In this document: piece after piece, positions 8,583 to 12,757 of the stretch
Position numbering within the stretch: position 1 is the stretch's first letter
How the letters are laid out: every line of letters starts with the position of its first letter
Origin: Aquificaceae bacterium
GTDB lineage: Bacteria > Aquificota > Aquificia > Aquificales > Aquificaceae
NCBI GenBank assembly: GCA_037924335.1
Contig: JAXSMZ010000012.1
Location: forward strand, 24,825-37,581
Direction of reading: 5' to 3'
DNA: 12,757 nt
Made by a program: the position numbers and the translations under genes
The notes under the pieces: generated by a model
The model's database searches: none
Told to the model about the DNA's origin: nothing
The model's input: the letters and a program-made list of their open reading frames with translations, nothing else

Positions 8583-9654
8583 TACTTTAGAAGAAATACA
8601 AGACATATCGGAGAGGCTTTTGCGTGTAAACAGGCTTTCGGGGCATGAGGGCAATTCAAAAGTGAAGAAGGCTATAAAAGAAATACTAAGAAGGAAAGGA
8701 ATTACTTACACAGAGGAAAAGTTCTATATAGAAAAATTTATACCAGTGAAGGCTTCATTAGAGGCTCAAGGCAAGAGGATAAAAGGGGTTCCTTACATAG
8801 GTAGTCCTTCTGGAGTTTATGAAGGTTATCTGAAAAGGGACCCTTTGGAAGGAGATATAGCTCTCTTTGAAGTGTCCCATGAAGGTGAAGGAATAAGGCG
8901 AGCAAAGGAAAAAGGGGCAAAAGCTTGTATAACATACATGGAGGCGCTAAGCACTTACTACTATGGTGCCATAGAAGATGAGAGCATTCCAACAGTGAGC
9001 ATAAAAGAAAGAGACTTAGAAGGCTTGGAAGACGCTTATGTGAAAGTCTATATAGAATCCCAGAAGAAGAGGCTTGAATGCAGCAACATCATGTTTGAGT
9101 TAGGTAGAGGACCTACTGTATACATAGTAGCCAACATAGATACAAGACATGAGGTATTTGGTGCCATTGACAATGGCATAGGATTCTTGCTTCTTATCTT
9201 TGTTGCATACGAGTTAAAAAACACTTATAGAACACCTTACAGGTTCAGGTTTTTGATAACGGATGCAAAGGAGCTGGGGCTTGAAGGCTCAAACTTCCAT
9301 ATAAAAAAGGGGATAAAACACGCTTACTACTGCATAAACTTGGATTCAGTAGGATGGTATTATCCAGAGGTTATATACAAGGATGCAGCTGGGTACAACA
9401 GTGATAGAATGATGGATATGTTTTTAAGGCATGTTGAAGATATAAAAGTGTCTGTAAACTTCAAAGCACATGAAGAAACAAAGGGCGACCACATACCATT
9501 CAAGAAAGCAGGCATTCAAACCCTTCTTATAAGCTCCTACCCTTTCAACTTGAGACATACATTCCATGACAACTTGGATGCAGTAAACTGGGATATGGTC
9601 TGTGTATGGTATGAGCTTATATTATCCTTTCTGAGGAGGTTTCACAGATTATGA
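8572..9654 (+). CDS. M28-family metallopeptidase-like protein with PA-like insert; catalytic residues altered
   Basis: GAIDNGIG, ELGLEGS, CINLDSVG, GDHIPF and HTFHD match M28 motifs. GDIALF...AKEKGAKACITY is PA-like. It has ANID instead of AHxD and AKE instead of AEE. Confidence 0.8.
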   Translation: MKSDTLEEIQDISERLLRVNRLSGHEGNSKVKKAIKEILRRKGITYTEEKFYIEKFIPVKASLEAQGKRIKGVPYIGSPSGVYEGYLKRDPLEGDIALFEVSHEGEGIRRAKEKGAKACITYMEALSTYYYGAIEDESIPTVSIKERDLEGLEDAYVKVYIESQKKRLECSNIMFELGRGPTVYIVANIDTRHEVFGAIDNGIGFLLLIFVAYELKNTYRTPYRFRFLITDAKELGLEGSNFHIKKGIKHAYYCINLDSVGWYYPEVIYKDAAGYNSDRMMDMFLRHVEDIKVSVNFKAHEETKGDHIPFKKAGIQTLLISSYPFNLRHTFHDNLDAVNWDMVCVWYELILSFLRRFHRL

Positions 9655-10253
9655 CTTATATACTTTTTCTTCTCTTCCCTCTAATTGCGTTGGCTAACAC
9701 CTTTGAACTTTTGGATAAGAAGCTTGAAGAGATAAAGAGCCTAAAGGTAGTCTTTGTACAGAGGGTTTACTATTCGTGGTATCCAAAGCCAGATGTATCG
9801 AAGGGTTTCTTTTATGCCCAGAAAGGGGGGAAGTTCAGAATAGAGTACGAACAGCCTGAGCGTATGCTTATAGTTTCTGACGGTTATGAGCTCCTCCTCT
9901 ATGACCCCAAGGATGGTTCCGCCATAATAGACAAAGTAGAGAACAACAAGTCTGGAACTGTTGAAGCCCTATTCCTACTTTCAAAACCACTCAGAGAAGT
10001 TTTTGACCCCATAGGGGAGATAAAAAGGGAGAAAAGCACCACCTTGATCTTAAAGCCCAAAGTAAAGGATGAACTTTTTTCAAAAGTTTACGTTGACGTT
10101 GATGAGTCCTTTGATATAAAAAGCATAAAAGTTGAAGACAAAGAGGGAACAACTACCGAAGTAGACTTTCTAAGCATTAGCAAAAACTTTGAGCCATCCT
10201 ACGACCTTTTCAAGATAAAAGTTCCCAAGGGAACAAAGATAAAAAGGCTATGA
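9651..10253 (+). CDS. lolA: Outer-membrane lipoprotein carrier protein LolA
   Basis: Signal peptide MTYILFLLFPLIALA, then FVQ, GKFRIEYEQPERMLIVSDG...YDP, and C-terminal LFKIKVPKGTKI typical of the LolA family; 200 aa. Confidence 0.85.
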   Translation: MTYILFLLFPLIALANTFELLDKKLEEIKSLKVVFVQRVYYSWYPKPDVSKGFFYAQKGGKFRIEYEQPERMLIVSDGYELLLYDPKDGSAIIDKVENNKSGTVEALFLLSKPLREVFDPIGEIKREKSTTLILKPKVKDELFSKVYVDVDESFDIKSIKVEDKEGTTTEVDFLSISKNFEPSYDLFKIKVPKGTKIKRL

Positions 10254-10735
10254 AAAAGCAATCTATAAACTTTAGCATAGAGAGGGCTACAGAAAGGGAT
10301 ATCCAGGAGCTTTCAAAACTCTATTTGGAAGGATACAGGGGGCTTGAAGAATACTCCTACACTAATGTGGATGATGTCATGGCTTACATTAACTGGCTTT
10401 TCAGAAGGGATATAGCCGGCATATTCGTAGCAAAGGATAAGGGTAAGATCATAGGGTTCATTGCAAGCGATGGCAACTGGTTCAGTAAAAGGGAAGGTAA
10501 AACGGTGGGAGCCATTCATGAACTTGTTGTCCTTCCAGATTACAGGAGCAAAGGTGTTGGAAATGCCCTAATAAGAAAGGTTTTGGAATACTTCAAGAGT
10601 AGAGGCTTGGATACTGCAGAGCTTTGGGTGGGGGATGAAAATTACGATGCCATAAACTTTTACATATCCCGTGGTTTTGAAATCAAAGACAGGATGAGCT
10701 ACTGGATAAGGATGGTAAAAAAGTTGGATAATTGA
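10250..10735 (+). CDS. GNAT-family N-acetyltransferase
   Basis: Acetyl-CoA motif A LVVLPDYRSKGVGNALI and motif B LWVGDENYDAINFYISRGF; 161 aa. Confidence 0.92.
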   Translation: MKKQSINFSIERATERDIQELSKLYLEGYRGLEEYSYTNVDDVMAYINWLFRRDIAGIFVAKDKGKIIGFIASDGNWFSKREGKTVGAIHELVVLPDYRSKGVGNALIRKVLEYFKSRGLDTAELWVGDENYDAINFYISRGFEIKDRMSYWIRMVKKLDN

Positions 10736-10738
10736 TCT

Positions 10739-12622
10739 ATGGACGGTGAGAGCCTCTTAGAGAGTTTAATAGAGGTCGCTTCTCTGGCAGAGAGGGAACT
10801 AAAGGTAGCCTCCGCTTGGATAAAGGGGGATGTTTTAGAAAGAGTTCTGGAAAAACTCAAAAGAAATGTTCAGGTAGAAGTGATCCTAAAGGCTGGTGAG
10901 AGAGAGGATATGAATATAACGGACATAAGGGTTTTCAGGGCTGTCAGAAAAAAAGGGGGAAGGGTTTACGTAAACCCAAGGCTTCATGCAAAGTTCCTTC
11001 TTGTGGATGATAGAATAGCCTTTGTTGGTTCTGCAAACCTCACTTATTCAGGAACTCAGACAGAGTTTGGAAACTTTGAGGCCGTCGTCAAGTTAGAGGA
11101 GGGAGAGTACGTAAAGGAGCTTATAAAAAAGTACGAGGAGCTAAAAAGAGAATCGGAGGAGATATTTCCGGATACCGTTGCAGTAGTTCTCTCCTTTGAG
11201 AATTCCCTCACCTTTAGGTCTCTGCTCCTTGAAGATGTGCCAGAGCAATCTTTTTTGAAGGTACAAAGCAATAGGGGGATAATGCTTTGTAAACTAATCA
11301 GCGTAGAATCTTACACCTTTGATGAATCTCAACTGATGGGAAAGGATAAGGATAAGGATTGGCTTGTAGCTTTTTTGAAAGCTTATTTTAACGAGACTGG
11401 AAATGTAAAGCTTGGGAGGGTAAGGGTTCTGTGTGAATACAGAAAGATAAGGGCTGAAGAGAAGGAAAGCTATTTTGGCGTACCGCTTTTGCCTCTGGCC
11501 GTTGGAACACAGCTTTTCCTGACTGACCAGTCTGACCCAGACATGCAAGCTGTTATGGGTATGAACATGTCTGGATATCCCATGGACAAGAAGGTTTACA
11601 TAGGAAAGCTTTTAAACACCAATGTGGATGTTTACTTGGACCTATCCAAGGTCTCAAGCATGCATATGGCTGTTATGGGCACAACGGGCGCTGGAAAGAC
11701 CACATTTGTAAGAAGACTTATAGAAAACTTAGGCAAAAACTACGTGAAGGTTTATGTTATGGATGTTTTTGGAGAATACTACGAGAAGCTTTCCATAGAA
11801 AGGGAAAGAATGGAGCATATAAAGCTCCCCTACACTTTATTTCCTGTACACGTGGATGACGTAAAAGAACTTTTTAAAGCTTACGGTGTTGGAATTCAGG
11901 AGAAGTCTTTGGAAGAAAAGAACTTCTTTGCAAACATCAGAAGGGTTCTGAAGCCAGACATTGAGACAATAGCATACAGAGACAAGAACTTTGAGGAGAT
12001 ACTCCTAACATCCTCAACCTCTCCCCGCATAGAAGAGGAGCTTGAGGATTTTTTAAGGATACTAAAGAGGGATTTTGGGGACATGTCGGTAAACAACCAA
12101 AGGGAAATTTACAGGCTTATCAAAATGGGGCTCAGTTCCGAAAAGGATATGGTAATTTATGACCTTAAGGATGTGCTCAACGTTGAAGCTAGGATAAATA
12201 TAGTAGGACTCGTCATGAAGGAGATATTCATAGCTTCAAGGCTCGACGGTAAGGGTAGACTCATTGCATTAGAGGAAGCTCACAACTTTGCTCCAGAGAG
12301 GGGAGCCTTAGAAATACCCTTTGGGAGAGAAAACATAGCCTATACGATGACTAGGAGGATAGCCTTAGAGGGCAGAAAGTTTGGTGTTGGTCTTATAGCC
12401 ATAACACAGAGACCGGCCAACATAAGCAAGTACATACTATCACAGATGAACACGCAAGCTATATTTAGGCTCATAACCAAGAACGACTTGGATGCCGTTT
12501 CCGTCTTCTTTGAAGAGTCAAACATGGAACTTTTGAACATATTACCATCCCTCAGGCCTGGTATACTTTTCCTGAACGGGCTTGCAGTACCCTTTGGCAT
12601 GCTTGTAAGCATAGAGCTTTAA
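10739..12622 (+). CDS. PLD (HKD) nuclease domain fused to a HerA/DUF87-type ATPase
   Basis: HAKFLLVD (10985-11008) plus GSAN (11027-11038) form a single HKD motif. HerA motifs: HMAVMGTTGAGKT (Walker A 11678-11701), DVFGEY, LEEAHNFAP (EEAH 12272-12283), EGRKFG (12368-12385), TQRP. Confidence 0.88.
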   Translation: MDGESLLESLIEVASLAERELKVASAWIKGDVLERVLEKLKRNVQVEVILKAGEREDMNITDIRVFRAVRKKGGRVYVNPRLHAKFLLVDDRIAFVGSANLTYSGTQTEFGNFEAVVKLEEGEYVKELIKKYEELKRESEEIFPDTVAVVLSFENSLTFRSLLLEDVPEQSFLKVQSNRGIMLCKLISVESYTFDESQLMGKDKDKDWLVAFLKAYFNETGNVKLGRVRVLCEYRKIRAEEKESYFGVPLLPLAVGTQLFLTDQSDPDMQAVMGMNMSGYPMDKKVYIGKLLNTNVDVYLDLSKVSSMHMAVMGTTGAGKTTFVRRLIENLGKNYVKVYVMDVFGEYYEKLSIERERMEHIKLPYTLFPVHVDDVKELFKAYGVGIQEKSLEEKNFFANIRRVLKPDIETIAYRDKNFEEILLTSSTSPRIEEELEDFLRILKRDFGDMSVNNQREIYRLIKMGLSSEKDMVIYDLKDVLNVEARINIVGLVMKEIFIASRLDGKGRLIALEEAHNFAPERGALEIPFGRENIAYTMTRRIALEGRKFGVGLIAITQRPANISKYILSQMNTQAIFRLITKNDLDAVSVFFEESNMELLNILPSLRPGILFLNGLAVPFGMLVSIEL

Positions 12623-12675
12623 GTATCCCAATCATACTGCAGACATAAAGGAGTATTAGAAACTAATCACTGAAT

Positions 12676-12708
12676 ATATAGAAGTTTATAGACGCATATA
12701 GAAGTTTA
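12676..12708 (+). repeat. 13-bp direct repeat ATATAGAAGTTTA, two copies with a 20-bp period
   Basis: Exact copies at 12676-12688 and 12696-12708. Confidence 0.85.
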
Positions 12709-12724
12709 GAAACATAAAGACCCC

Positions 12725-12752
12725 TTGACACTTTTGGTTGTATGGATATGTT
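12725..12752 (+). promoter_or_regulatory. Sigma70-type promoter pointing out of the window
   Basis: Consensus -35 TTGACA (12725-12730), 16-nt spacer, -10-like TATGTT (12747-12752), with AT-rich sequence upstream. Confidence 0.6.
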
Positions 12753-12757
12753 ATAAG

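Noticed and set aside
7..12612. About twenty short minus-strand ORFs (60-117 aa) in the ORF track
   Set aside because: All lie antisense to long motif-bearing + strand genes, are S/F/L-rich as expected for the reverse of E/K-rich codons, and have no recognisable motifs.
12623..12675. Intrinsic terminator after the last gene, and SD-like AAGGAG at 12648-12653
   Set aside because: No GC-rich hairpin with a U-tract, and no start codon with a meaningful ORF follows the SD-like sequence.
12676..12708. Repeat as a CRISPR array or iteron set
   Set aside because: Only two 13-bp copies separated by 7 nt, far from CRISPR repeat/spacer dimensions, and no rep gene is in view.

Overview
Ten tightly packed + strand CDSs fill 2..12622 with only 14 bp of intergenic DNA in total, followed by a 135-bp AT-rich tail with a direct repeat and a sigma70-type promoter. 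E/K-rich proteins, heavy AGG/AGA/ATA codon use and a mixed-function operon suggest a thermophile such as Aquificaceae (inference only). The middle is housekeeping: ppa, a KdsD/GutQ isomerase, dxr, ilvE, an M28-like peptidase with altered catalytic residues, lolA and a GNAT. The two ends are unusual. On the left, a 5'-truncated RecB/Cas4-type PD-(D/E)xK nuclease fused to an atypical SF2 helicase is coupled to a 775-aa protein whose C-terminal half resembles a divergent, probably non-slicing Argonaute MID-PIWI module. This is a candidate DdmDE/pPIWI-RE-like guided defence system, with the nuclease at the opposite end from DdmD. On the right is an HKD (PLD) nuclease fused to a HerA-type ATPase. 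All calls come from reading motifs by eye; no searches were run.
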